Below are positions 1 through 9,393 of a stretch of DNA of 57,647 nt, piece after piece. The DNA lies in the IMG/VR virus record IMGVR_UViG_3300032322_001160, positions 1 through 57,647 of that record; one strand, given 5' to 3'. Each line of letters opens with the position of its first letter. The first letter of the stretch is position 1. The position numbers were made by a program, and so were the translations under genes. Source of the stretch: a virus (Duplodnaviria > Caudoviricetes). Under the pieces are notes generated by a model. The model saw only the letters and a program-made list of their open reading frames with translations. It had not been told where the DNA came from and ran no database searches.

Positions 1-95
1 CAGCAGAACGTAACAGCGATAAAGAACTTAATTACTGCATCGTGTTGTTCCTGTGTCAGTGCAAGGAACTGGCTTATTAGTTTTAGCGGGTTCAT
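1..95 (-). CDS. Partial membrane protein, possible holin (runs off the left edge)
   Basis: ATG at 95 after a GAGGAA RBS; reads MNPLKLISQFLALTQEQHDAVIKFFIAVTFC with a hydrophobic segment starting; downstream of endolysin and lipoprotein. Confidence 0.5.
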   Translation of the reverse strand, partial: MNPLKLISQFLALTQEQHDAVIKFFIAVTFC

Positions 96-279
96 TGGGT
101 TCCTCTTTCATCACTTCCGGTTTTAATAACTGATCCGGGCAGGTTCCTGTTACAGCACATTGTGGACGTTGGCAGCGCGGTTTGTCCCAGTTTTCTGGGC
201 TCTGACAAAAATATCTAACCCGCTCACACCCACTAAGCCAACCTACCACCAGAATCAACCATATTAAGCGCCATCTCAT
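28..279 (-). CDS. Lipoprotein, possible o-spanin/Rz1-like lysis protein
   Basis: Signal peptide ending in lipobox LSG-C18; Cys/Pro-rich mature part; overlaps the endolysin 3' end. Confidence 0.6.
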   Translation of the reverse strand: MRWRLIWLILVVGWLSGCERVRYFCQSPENWDKPRCQRPQCAVTGTCPDQLLKPEVMKEEPNEPAKTNKPVPCTDTGTTRCSN

Positions 280-886
280 AGTGATGCTCCCTGTCTGCTA
301 ATCCGATATACCCGCCGTTAATGGCCTTGGTCAAACCCTTGAAGTCATTCGCGTCCACAAAGCGATTAAGCTTGTTCGTCTCCCAGAACCAACAAGCACT
401 CTGTGCGGCACCTTCAAAAGTCTGCATATATTCCGCTGCCTCTTGCGTCGTAATACTTAACGACGCAGCAAACCAAAAATAGTTGTCCTTGCCGGTCAAC
501 TGCAAAATTCCGCGTCCGCGAAATGCGAAGCCATCATTGCTGGCTTCGTCGCCATTGCCCATGCGGTTGGCGTAAACGCGATTAGCGATCTTTTGCGGAT
601 TGCGCTCATATTGCTTGGCAATTGCCAGATCAGGGAAATACTTGGGGAAAACGCGCATCAGACCCGACGCGTTGTAGTTCAGGTTTTCGCTTAGGAAAAC
701 AAAGCCGCCCGATTCATGCCCACACTGCGCAAGAAAAGCTGCCAATCGCTTAGGGGTGTTGATCTCGTATTCTTGCAGCAAGGATTTGCCACCGAGTTCT
801 GTTTGAGGCCTAAAAAAGGTGTCGTACCACTGCTCCGCGTATCGCGTGTTCGGGGCAAACTTCTTAAACTGTGCCAGCGAAATCAT
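233..886 (-). CDS. Endolysin, glycoside hydrolase family 19 (chitinase/lysozyme-like)
   Basis: GH19 motifs AAFLAQCGHESGGF..ENLNY, FRGRGILQLTGKDNY, TKAINGG. Confidence 0.92.
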   Translation of the reverse strand: MISLAQFKKFAPNTRYAEQWYDTFFRPQTELGGKSLLQEYEINTPKRLAAFLAQCGHESGGFVFLSENLNYNASGLMRVFPKYFPDLAIAKQYERNPQKIANRVYANRMGNGDEASNDGFAFRGRGILQLTGKDNYFWFAASLSITTQEAAEYMQTFEGAAQSACWFWETNKLNRFVDANDFKGLTKAINGGYIGLADREHHYEMALNMVDSGGRLA

Positions 887-1188
887 TTCCCGTATAACCT
901 TTCCTCAAGAATCTCGCGCCGCAGTTCTTTCATTTTCTTTACTTCGTGCACTGCCGCCTGCGTGGCAAAGTACATGTCGTAGTACATAAAAGCCAACACA
1001 GGCATCACGATAAAGAAAGTCAGCAACACCGCCATAACTGTAATCAGTAGTGACCAAGGGATGTTTTCATCATCGCGCTTCTCATTGTTAGCCACATTAG
1101 TCCCACCGCCCATATAACTACGAACACCACTGCCGAAACCCACATTGCCTTTGCCCTGATTTCCGCTATTCTTCTTTTGCGTCGCCAT
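883..1188 (-). CDS. Single-pass membrane protein with C-terminal coiled coil (lysis-associated, possible i-spanin-like)
   Basis: Long hydrophobic helix WSLLITVMAVLLTFFIVMPVLAFM; stop overlaps the endolysin start; true start uncertain. Confidence 0.55.
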   Translation of the reverse strand: MATQKKNSGNQGKGNVGFGSGVRSYMGGGTNVANNEKRDDENIPWSLLITVMAVLLTFFIVMPVLAFMYYDMYFATQAAVHEVKKMKELRREILEERLYGK

Positions 1189-1733
1189 GATGCTATCTGA
1201 GCCAGTCTAAGTTCTTCTGCGTGAGCTACCTCTTGCTCGGCGACTATTCGCTGCCGCATTTCATCAAATTTACCCCACAGCGCACCCAATTCTGGCGGGG
1301 CTTTGTACACCATCATTTCTCTGACCTCTGCCCATATTGCATCCAGCCTTGAGTTGATTAATATCCGCCGCAATGCGCGCTTACCTATACTCTCTTCACC
1401 CTTGTAGACCTGCCTTGCTTCGATTTGCTCTTTCAGTAACAGCTTACTAATCTCGTCATGCGTATCCATCAACACACCTAACTGAGTGCCAATGTCGGTG
1501 AACACATCGTTCGGGTCAGCCTTGGCTATCTCCTGCACTCGCTGCACTTCGGCGTTGTACTGCTGCTTCTGTATAGGCGTCGGGTCTACTATCTTGCTGT
1601 ACTGCTCCTTCAAGTCTTTCAATACGTCGCTAACATCCCCCGCTGCGCCCTTGATGTCCTTGTAAAGCTTGCACCCCGCCTTGACCGCAGCAACAGCAGC
1701 ATTAGCCGCAGCGAGAAGGGTTAACGGGTCAAT
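1044..1733 (-). CDS. Coiled-coil protein with C-terminal transmembrane helix; predicted AUU start
   Basis: The listed ORF extends 37 codons upstream to ATT at 1733, preceded by GGAGG and an in-frame TAA; N-terminus MDPLTLLAAANAAVAAVKAG. Confidence 0.7.
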   Translation of the reverse strand: MDPLTLLAAANAAVAAVKAGCKLYKDIKGAAGDVSDVLKDLKEQYSKIVDPTPIQKQQYNAEVQRVQEIAKADPNDVFTDIGTQLGVLMDTHDEISKLLLKEQIEARQVYKGEESIGKRALRRILINSRLDAIWAEVREMMVYKAPPELGALWGKFDEMRQRIVAEQEVAHAEELRLAQIASWRRKRRIAEIRAKAMWVSAVVFVVIWAVGLMWLTMRSAMMKTSLGHY

Positions 1734-1742
1734 TTAGTCCTC

Positions 1743-4607
1743 CTACTGTAGCTGCAGCGCCGAGGTCGGCGGGACGAAGTTAGCGGTGTAACGGGCAAAG
1801 CGGGTGATGCGCAGAGCGTTCATATATCCGTTTAATTGCGACGCAATTGAACTAGAAAATATTTCTGCACCTATCAAAAGGCTGCTCGAAAACGATGTGC
1901 TATTGGTCGCTGTACCATCATTGATGCCGTTGACAAACAAACGTAGGGACGTGCCCCTGCGCGACATTGCCAAATGAAACCAACTCCCAGTCGTTACTGT
2001 TTGAGTCGTGCCTGTAGCTAATGATGTGTTATTGCCAAAAATTGCAATTCTGCCCGCCGTAGTTACATAAAACAGCAGCCCGGTTGATGCGCCATCGTCC
2101 CCAAAACAAACTATTGGCGCGTTTGCAGCCAAGGAATTTATGTATACCCAACACTCAACTGTAAAGTCACCTGAGACGAAAGTTAGGCTTGGGTTTGACG
2201 AATAGGGCTGTACTGCCAATCGATCCCCACTGCCATCAAACGCAATACTCGACCCACCGAACCGACTCTGCGCCGTACTAATTGACGCGTTGCCAAAGGT
2301 TTCAAGGACGTTGTCTGATGTAGCGTCAATGATGGCAGCGTTGGTAAAAAGCGTACAAATAGATGAAGTGCTCGCGGTTGTTGGGGTCGTTGGCACTGTA
2401 TAAACCGAAGTGCCATTAGTTGTGCTTGAGGTTTGGTAAGCCGTGGGTATGGAAGTGTTAAATATCCTAAGTTGTGAAATGTAGGCGTTGATGTCGTCTG
2501 TGCTACTAGGCTCAAAACCAATCGTTAAGGCTCCCGGATTTCCGTCAGATGGGTTGTTCTGTGTACTGTTGTTTGACAGAATTCCGTTAATCATTACTCG
2601 GTAATTGTTTACCGACCCACCGCCAACGTATGTCTTTGTGCATACAACATGGCTCCACGCATTAAATTGAATTGTACCGGCGTTGGTTGACAAAGTAGTT
2701 ACCGCACTGCCGGGGCTTCCTGAATTACCAAGAGTAAATGAAATCGAACCATTTGAATTAACTGAAATAGAATAATTTGGATAAGAAGAACCAGAAACTC
2801 CGCTCTTATTAACCACTACTCCGCTTCCGCTTATTGGATAAACCCAAAATTCAATGCTGGCGTCTACGTTCCCAGTAATTGAAAGTGCAGAATTGTGAGC
2901 AACACTTAAGTAATCCCCCGTCCCATCAAAGAACCCACTGCCACCTACTGTAGCCGCGCTATACGCAGCAGTAGGCGCAAACGGACTGAAGGGTTGTATA
3001 GCGGGTGTGCCAGCAGCCACGGCAATTGCGTAATTGTTGGTGCTTTGATCAACAAACCGATTAAGCTGCCCTAACAAGAACAAAGTGTTTGCATCGTTCG
3101 TAAACGCGGTCGTGGGAACCGTATAGTTCGACGTGTAGCGTAAATTATTGCTCCAACGAAGGCCAGTACAATACCCAGCAAAGGATGTTGGCAAAAATTG
3201 CGTGGCACTAAATATCGCGTTCCAACCATAGGTTGACGTTTGAGTGGACAGATCGTTACCGGTAAATGTCTGAACTACACCATTGATTCCCAAATAAACT
3301 GTTGTGTTTGCAGCCGTCGTTGAATCTACGCACACCGTTAGATGCGACCAGCCAAGAGGAATATCTGCCGTGGTTGAAACAGATGTTTGAGTGCCGGTAC
3401 TTGTTGTCCAACCAAAACAAAGTTTATTACTGTTAATTATTATGAACCATCGACCGTTTGCCGCAACCCCCGCATAGGCAGACTGTAGGCTGTAGTCAGC
3501 TGAATCACGCCTAAAAACGAAAGATTCCCAAGAACGGGTTCTGCCGCCCCATCCCGCAAATGCCGTTTGCAGCCCTGCCGGTGTGGTGATGGTAGACGAT
3601 CCATCTAAATACATACTCCACCCAGTCTGACTAAACGGCGAGAACGTACCCTGCGTCGTGTTGCCGTTGCGGGTGATGCTGAAGTTATTCGTGGACGAAT
3701 CCTTGAACACGTTATTGTTCGTGTCCGTCACACCACTTGGCTGGTTACCCGACAGCATCAACGTCGTATAGTTAAAGTACGGGTCGTATATAGGCCACAG
3801 GCGGTTAGCCGTGAAGTACTGCGCTTGATCTAATGTCCACACACCGGGAGCCGCTGCGCCATACGCTGGGTTAAATCCAGCGACGTTCGCTGGCACCATA
3901 TCTCGAGTATTGCCGTTTATCGGGGCGTTGTAGAAGTAATAGCTGGACGGGAAGGGCGAAAAGGTGCTGACCGCTATGTTACCGGTTGGCGTAAGAGTAA
4001 AATTGTTGCTGCTCTGGTCGACGAGTGCTAGAGAGTTGCAGGTCAGTAAGCTGGTGTTAGTTACAGGGAACAACTGCGTTGGTACGTTGATGGTGGAACC
4101 CGAATACAACCCAGAACCAACTACCAGACGCACATTACTGATGTATCCATCCATGTAGTAGTTCGCCGTATCGTAGTAGTACCGGCCTATTGTTAGGCTT
4201 GAATTTGTTGTTGATCCAGTATTTGTAAACTGCCCAACTCGCGTACCATTCAAATAGCAACTTACGTTGTTACTACCGGTGCCGGTTCTACTGATAGCCA
4301 CGTGGTTCCACTGTCTTTGCGGGGCTGACGCCACGGTAACTGACGTGTTATTTAACCAAATAGTCAAAGTTCCATTATCAGTCGTAATTCTTATTCCAGT
4401 CGTGCCACCCGAAGCAGCGGTGCTTACAATGCCTTGAAACCCAGAAGTCTGGTTGTTCTGCCAATACCACGCCTCACAAGTGAAATCACCAGTCGCTACA
4501 AAAGCAGATTGAGTGGCAGTTAAATACGTTCCATTAACAGAAACCGCAACGGAATATCCTGCGGGCGCTGCCGCAGTTACTAGGCCACCGGGATATTTGT
4601 CACTCAT
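1743..4607 (-). CDS. Multi-LamG (concanavalin A-like lectin/glucanase) tail fibre or receptor-binding protein
   Basis: About four LamG-like units (DFTCEAW, QWNHVAISR, GYISNVR, DFTVECWVY, WFHLAMSR, LRITR); Ser/Thr/Gly/Asn-rich. Confidence 0.85.
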   Translation of the reverse strand: MSDKYPGGLVTAAAPAGYSVAVSVNGTYLTATQSAFVATGDFTCEAWYWQNNQTSGFQGIVSTAASGGTTGIRITTDNGTLTIWLNNTSVTVASAPQRQWNHVAISRTGTGSNNVSCYLNGTRVGQFTNTGSTTNSSLTIGRYYYDTANYYMDGYISNVRLVVGSGLYSGSTINVPTQLFPVTNTSLLTCNSLALVDQSSNNFTLTPTGNIAVSTFSPFPSSYYFYNAPINGNTRDMVPANVAGFNPAYGAAAPGVWTLDQAQYFTANRLWPIYDPYFNYTTLMLSGNQPSGVTDTNNNVFKDSSTNNFSITRNGNTTQGTFSPFSQTGWSMYLDGSSTITTPAGLQTAFAGWGGRTRSWESFVFRRDSADYSLQSAYAGVAANGRWFIIINSNKLCFGWTTSTGTQTSVSTTADIPLGWSHLTVCVDSTTAANTTVYLGINGVVQTFTGNDLSTQTSTYGWNAIFSATQFLPTSFAGYCTGLRWSNNLRYTSNYTVPTTAFTNDANTLFLLGQLNRFVDQSTNNYAIAVAAGTPAIQPFSPFAPTAAYSAATVGGSGFFDGTGDYLSVAHNSALSITGNVDASIEFWVYPISGSGVVVNKSGVSGSSYPNYSISVNSNGSISFTLGNSGSPGSAVTTLSTNAGTIQFNAWSHVVCTKTYVGGGSVNNYRVMINGILSNNSTQNNPSDGNPGALTIGFEPSSTDDINAYISQLRIFNTSIPTAYQTSSTTNGTSVYTVPTTPTTASTSSICTLFTNAAIIDATSDNVLETFGNASISTAQSRFGGSSIAFDGSGDRLAVQPYSSNPSLTFVSGDFTVECWVYINSLAANAPIVCFGDDGASTGLLFYVTTAGRIAIFGNNTSLATGTTQTVTTGSWFHLAMSRRGTSLRLFVNGINDGTATNSTSFSSSLLIGAEIFSSSIASQLNGYMNALRITRFARYTANFVPPTSALQLQ

Positions 4608-4616
4608 GTCGTTCCC

Positions 4617-6611
4617 TTATTGTCTCGGCAGTGCCACTTGGGGCGGGGTGAAGTTGGAAATGTAGCGGGCTACGCCACGGGTAATACGCAAGTCGTCAAT
4701 GTAGCCGGGAAAGTTAAACGAACCCGGACTATTCCCGCTACCACCGATAATCGGTCGATTTGTTCCTACCGTATATGAACCAGAATCAGTATATGTCAAA
4801 CCCGTTTGCGTCCCATTTAAAAACATTCTAGTAGACGATCCTGATCGACAAATAGCAAGGTGATACCAAGTGTTTGCCAAAATTGAGGACGAACTTATAA
4901 CAATTGAAGACCCCGGCCCCCATCCAATTACTGCACCATTAAGATCAACCAGCCAAGCACCAGAAGTCGCTCCCGATGCGCGGCCATCAAAAATAAATGA
5001 ATAAGATGCGATATTGGTGACATAAACCCACAACTCTATTGTGAAATCCCCGGGAAACGTAAACTGGGATGTGTTAGGACCAATAGGAACAAGGTAATCC
5101 CCCGTCCCATCAAAGAACATCGACCCCGAGCCATACTTCACGACGCTGGTGCTGATCTGTGCGTTACCCACCGTCTCCAGTACGTTGTCCATCGTGCCGT
5201 CGATGATTCCGGCGTTGGTGAAGTTAAGAAGCAGTCGAGTATTTGCATCCGATGTGTACGGCGCAGTTGGGATAGATGAAATTGTTCGAGCTATACCATT
5301 AGACCAACGCAAGTTGCTTATATATGCGTTTGGTGTGGTGCTTCCGTTATACTGACCTACAGCAAAGTTCGAGTCTTGGGTTCGACCAGTTAAGGTAGTT
5401 GTACCCGATTGGCCAGAAGTCGTGGAATTGACAAAGATGGATATGGCATTGCTGTTTACTACAATTGCAAACCAATTCCATTGATTCGCACGCATTACAG
5501 AAGTGCTTGTAGCTGTTTTCCCCGCCCCATCATACCAATACAACTGCACAGCACCGCTAGTCGCTATGTTTACTGCAAGTACATTCGTTGTCCCGGTGGG
5601 GCTCATATCACCAATTAACCATATTACGTCTGCAAGCGTAGTCGGATAAATCCAGCCTTCCACTGTAAACGTACTCATTGACGCTGATGACGAAAGAGTC
5701 GTATTCCCCGTCAAGTAGTCCCCGTTTCCATCAAAGAACCCACTACCCCCGATGCCGCTTTGGGTGTACTGAAACTGCGGGGCGAATGGGGTGAAGGGTT
5801 TGACGGATACGTTTCCATTGACTGTGAGAGCAAAACCAGAACCAGAATTAGCTGTACCGTTGTCAACAAAACGATTACTCTGGCAAGTCAGCAAGCTAGT
5901 GTTGGTGATGTTTGTTAACGGAGCTGTTGGAACGCCTGAGGGAACATTCGCAGAACCTTTTACAAACCTAAAATTAGATATGTAACCGTCTATGTTATTA
6001 CCACCGCTTTGCGACCCAATATACATTGTGGTTCTGCTGTTTACTGTTAACGAGACAGTGGTTCCTGCAATTCCGTTTAGGTATACAGTGAAATTGGTTC
6101 CCGACTTTACACAAGTGATGTAATGCCAAGTATTGAGCGTAAATCCTGATATGGTTGAACCAGTAGAACCACCAACAGTAAATCTAACCTCACCCGTGTT
6201 TAAAATATTGCATTGCATATCATTAACAGTACTTGCTCCAACTTCAAACACAATATTATTTGTGCCTACATACCGTGTCAGATAAACAAAACAATCTACT
6301 GTAATATTTGAGCCACTAGGATCAAAAGCGCTATTTGAAGGGGTAACGATGTTGTCGCCGCTTCCATCAAAATAATTACTCCACCCCTGACTGAACGGTG
6401 TGAACGTGCCTTGTGTGGTATTGCCGGTACGGGTAATCGGAAAACTGTTCGGGCTGGAATCCAAGAAAGTATTATTCTGTGCACTATTCGCCGCGTTATC
6501 TGCTTGAAGCAGCAACGTCGTGTTTCTGAAGTTAGGGTCGGTCACCCACTGCTGCTGGGATTGCAGCCGAGCAGCATCTTGCAAGTTCCATACACCTTGA
6601 TATTGCGGCAT
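4617..6611 (-). CDS. Multi-LamG tail fibre or receptor-binding protein, paralogue of 1743..4607
   Basis: Three LamG-like units (FTVEGWIY, DFTIELWVY, WYHLAICR, GYIDDLRITRG). Confidence 0.85.
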   Translation of the reverse strand: MPQYQGVWNLQDAARLQSQQQWVTDPNFRNTTLLLQADNAANSAQNNTFLDSSPNSFPITRTGNTTQGTFTPFSQGWSNYFDGSGDNIVTPSNSAFDPSGSNITVDCFVYLTRYVGTNNIVFEVGASTVNDMQCNILNTGEVRFTVGGSTGSTISGFTLNTWHYITCVKSGTNFTVYLNGIAGTTVSLTVNSRTTMYIGSQSGGNNIDGYISNFRFVKGSANVPSGVPTAPLTNITNTSLLTCQSNRFVDNGTANSGSGFALTVNGNVSVKPFTPFAPQFQYTQSGIGGSGFFDGNGDYLTGNTTLSSSASMSTFTVEGWIYPTTLADVIWLIGDMSPTGTTNVLAVNIATSGAVQLYWYDGAGKTATSTSVMRANQWNWFAIVVNSNAISIFVNSTTSGQSGTTTLTGRTQDSNFAVGQYNGSTTPNAYISNLRWSNGIARTISSIPTAPYTSDANTRLLLNFTNAGIIDGTMDNVLETVGNAQISTSVVKYGSGSMFFDGTGDYLVPIGPNTSQFTFPGDFTIELWVYVTNIASYSFIFDGRASGATSGAWLVDLNGAVIGWGPGSSIVISSSSILANTWYHLAICRSGSSTRMFLNGTQTGLTYTDSGSYTVGTNRPIIGGSGNSPGSFNFPGYIDDLRITRGVARYISNFTPPQVALPRQ

Positions 6612-6614
6612 GAC

Positions 6615-7037
6615 TTACCCCAAAGAAGAAATGTCCGACGTGGTCATCACAGAAAGGTCTGACGTAGTAAGCGCAGTGATGTCGGAGGAAGTCAATGTAG
6701 GTGTGGCTTCTGTAGCCAACACTTCTACAGGTGCTTCTACTACCGGGGCTTGCACTACTGGAACCTCTGGTGCAACGAACACGCCGTTCTCGTACGTGTC
6801 GCCAATCCCCGCGTACTTGCCACGGAAGCTGCCGTTGTAGCTAGTCTGCACCCAGTTCGTATCCGCGCCATAAAGCGACTTGCAGAAATCCACGCCCTTC
6901 TCTTCGGACTCAACAGTGGACACGTTAATGAAGCCCTCATCCGTCGTCACGATCTTCTGCGTCAGCAGTTCGGTGTTGTTGATCACGATGACCTGTACTA
7001 CTACGTTGTTCTCATCAAGCTGTGCGAAATGTGCCAT
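6615..7037 (-). CDS. Tail fibre-associated hypothetical protein
   Basis: MAHFAQLDENNVV N-terminus and WVQTSYN..FRGKYAGIG motif, which I recall beside Gly-rich phage fibre genes; ends in short TTSD repeats. Confidence 0.65.
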   Translation of the reverse strand: MAHFAQLDENNVVVQVIVINNTELLTQKIVTTDEGFINVSTVESEEKGVDFCKSLYGADTNWVQTSYNGSFRGKYAGIGDTYENGVFVAPEVPVVQAPVVEAPVEVLATEATPTLTSSDITALTTSDLSVMTTSDISSLG

Positions 7038-7045
7038 GACTAACC

Positions 7046-7936
7046 TCAGAATGTAATCGAACCAGAACCGGTAAACCGGTACACCCAGAACCCACCTGCT
7101 TGGTAAATGCTCGGTGATCCAGTAGTCGATGCAGCAGGGCCAAAAATATCGGGGTATCTTAGGATGACAATACCAGAGCCGCCTGCTCCACCATCACCGG
7201 TAGCTGCACCACTCGTTCCACTGCCCCCGCCACCGCCACCAGTATTCGCCGTACCTGCCGTTCCAGATGCCGCACTACCGCCACCAGCACCACCGCCACC
7301 CGTGCCACCACTACCACCCGAAGTAAGCAAACCACCGCCACCACCACCGCCCGCGTAGGTAACAGCCACGCCAGATATAGAAGATTCAGAACCGTTACCG
7401 CCGTTTGCACCGGCGTTCGTGGTTACGGAACTCCCCACTGCACCTGCACCGCCGCCACCAGCGCCACCATAAACCGATCCGCCGGGCTGACTGCCACCAT
7501 TATTACCCTGCGATGGTGTTGTGTTTGGGGTGTTTCCTGCACCACCTGTGCCTGTATAAGCTGCGCCGCCTCCGCTACCGCCCGCAAGTCCATCATAATT
7601 GCCCGCAGCGCCTGTACCGCCCCCACCACCGCCTGCTGAAGTAATAGTTGAAAAGACGGAGCTAGAACCTGAATTGCCTCTTGTTCTATTGGTAGTTTGT
7701 GTTGCGCCGCCCCCACCTACGGTGACTGTAATAGCTGTTCCGCTACTAACCGCCAAAGTTCCCGTCCTAAAACCCCCAGCACCGCCACCACCAGCACCAA
7801 CACCGTTTGCTAGTTCCTTAGCGCCCCCGCCACCACCACCAACGACGAGGTAGTCAACGACGCCCGCTTTAAAGACGTTCGATGCCGCTGCGTTGTAAGA
7901 CGCACTAACAAACCCGCCGGGATAACGAAGTCCCAT
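7046..7936 (-). CDS. Glycine-rich virion or fibre protein
   Basis: DYLVVGGGGGG, YAGGGGGG, GTANTGGGGG and GGSGIVILRY motifs of the phage glycine-rich domain. Confidence 0.8.
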   Translation of the reverse strand: MGLRYPGGFVSASYNAAASNVFKAGVVDYLVVGGGGGGAKELANGVGAGGGGAGGFRTGTLAVSSGTAITVTVGGGGATQTTNRTRGNSGSSSVFSTITSAGGGGGGTGAAGNYDGLAGGSGGGAAYTGTGGAGNTPNTTPSQGNNGGSQPGGSVYGGAGGGGAGAVGSSVTTNAGANGGNGSESSISGVAVTYAGGGGGGGLLTSGGSGGTGGGGAGGGSAASGTAGTANTGGGGGGSGTSGAATGDGGAGGSGIVILRYPDIFGPAASTTGSPSIYQAGGFWVYRFTGSGSITF

Positions 7937-7946
7937 ACGTCACCTA

Positions 7947-8354
7947 TTAGGTAATGGCTTCGAAAGTCGCCGTAAAGGTCAGCGCACTTGCAGTGCCACT
8001 GTAAGCTGCTACTGACTGGTTCTCGGTGATGTACAAGCTGTTCGTCTTGTCCACAATGATCAACGTCGCATTAGGCGGCACCGAAATCTGATACGCCGGA
8101 TACGTGATCACGGTCGCCGAGCCAAACGTCGCGTTGTTACCAACAGCAATCGTTGCCACCGCAGCGGACGACGTGGTATTCGCCACCGTGATCGACGTGA
8201 CACGGTTTACCGTATTCGTCGCAGGCTTTAGGCCAGTCAGTGCAGTCGTACCATCGTACGTCCACGAGGTCGTGGCAGTCGCGGCTGACGAAGGGATAAC
8301 GTAAGCAGTATTTCCGTAAATACTCGTTACGTTGACAATGTTCGGGTTTGCCAT
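7947..8354 (-). CDS. Tail-associated structural protein
   Basis: Beta-rich Thr/Ala/Val ORF in the tail cluster with an AGGAG RBS. Confidence 0.65.
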   Translation of the reverse strand: MANPNIVNVTSIYGNTAYVIPSSAATATTSWTYDGTTALTGLKPATNTVNRVTSITVANTTSSAAVATIAVGNNATFGSATVITYPAYQISVPPNATLIIVDKTNSLYITENQSVAAYSGTASALTFTATFEAIT

Positions 8355-8364
8355 TTGTTACTCC

Positions 8365-9381
8365 TTAGAATCCGAAGATCATCGCCATAGCGATGCTTTT
8401 ACCTGTTGAAATACCACCACTTGCTGCCTGCCATGTAGGAGCACCTGATCCGTTACTGGTGAGTACTTGCCCTGCAGTTCCTGCAGAAGTAAACGCATAA
8501 GCAGAACCAGTTCCGTAAGCAACAGCGCCAGCCGTAGGAGTAGCAGTTGCGTTTGTTCCGCCGTTAGCAACCGGCAAGGTGCCCGTTACACCAGTTGTAA
8601 GAGGCAGTCCAGTAACATTTGTGAGCGTTCCAGACGAGGGAGTACCCAACGCCCCGCCGTTGACGACAAAAGCCCCTGCCGAACCAGTATTAACGCCTAA
8701 AGCGGTAACTACGCCAGAGCCAGTAGTAACGGTTGCCGGTGTAGCCCCAGCGCCACCACCGACTACGATCGCATTTGCAGCCAATGCCGCTGAACTTGCG
8801 AGAGTTCCGGAAGCTGAGTAATAAAGAACCCCACCCGATGTACCAGCTGTTAACCCAGTGCCACCATTTGCTACAGGCAAAGTACCCGTTACGTTCGAAG
8901 CAAGATTTACAAACGTCGTCGAAGTTGTTCCCGTACCACCCGAAGTGATTGGCAACGCAGTGCCCAATGTCAGGGAAGATGCATAAGTCGTCACATCGAC
9001 CACATTGGTTGCATCATTAAACACAACCATTGTCTTGCCCGAAGGTACCGCGATACCCGTACCCGTAGAGTTTTTAACGGTGACAGCGTCTGCCAGACCG
9101 TTATTAACGATGTACTGTTTTGCGATGGCAGGTACGATCAAGTTCCTTGCGCCACCTGATGTACCCGTCAGGTTTAGCCTCAAAGCACGAGCGTTCTGCG
9201 CAGCATTAGTGTCAGTAAGCGTGAGAGTAACGTCACCACTGGCAAACGTAATGTTTGCCGACCCGGTAATCGCCTGCTCTATTGCAGTGCCTAAGTTGGT
9301 GTTGGTCGTAGACCCCCACGTACCTGACTGCTCGCCCGTGGCAATCAATTCAATCTTTAAATTACTAAATGTACTTGCCAT
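8365..9381 (-). CDS. Tail fibre/proximal fibre protein
   Basis: N-terminal GEQSGTWGSTTNTN anchor-type motif; repeated LP(I/V)xxGGT units; C-terminal GQVLTSNG..APTW. Confidence 0.75.
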   Translation of the reverse strand: MASTFSNLKIELIATGEQSGTWGSTTNTNLGTAIEQAITGSANITFASGDVTLTLTDTNAAQNARALRLNLTGTSGGARNLIVPAIAKQYIVNNGLADAVTVKNSTGTGIAVPSGKTMVVFNDATNVVDVTTYASSLTLGTALPITSGGTGTTSTTFVNLASNVTGTLPVANGGTGLTAGTSGGVLYYSASGTLASSAALAANAIVVGGGAGATPATVTTGSGVVTALGVNTGSAGAFVVNGGALGTPSSGTLTNVTGLPLTTGVTGTLPVANGGTNATATPTAGAVAYGTGSAYAFTSAGTAGQVLTSNGSGAPTWQAASGGISTGKSIAMAMIFGF

Positions 9382-9393
9382 TTTCTACCCCTA

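Noticed and set aside
1743-6611. Diversity-generating retroelement or invertible shufflon acting on the fibres
   Set aside because: No reverse transcriptase or invertase, and no template/variable repeat pair with adenine-specific mismatches was seen
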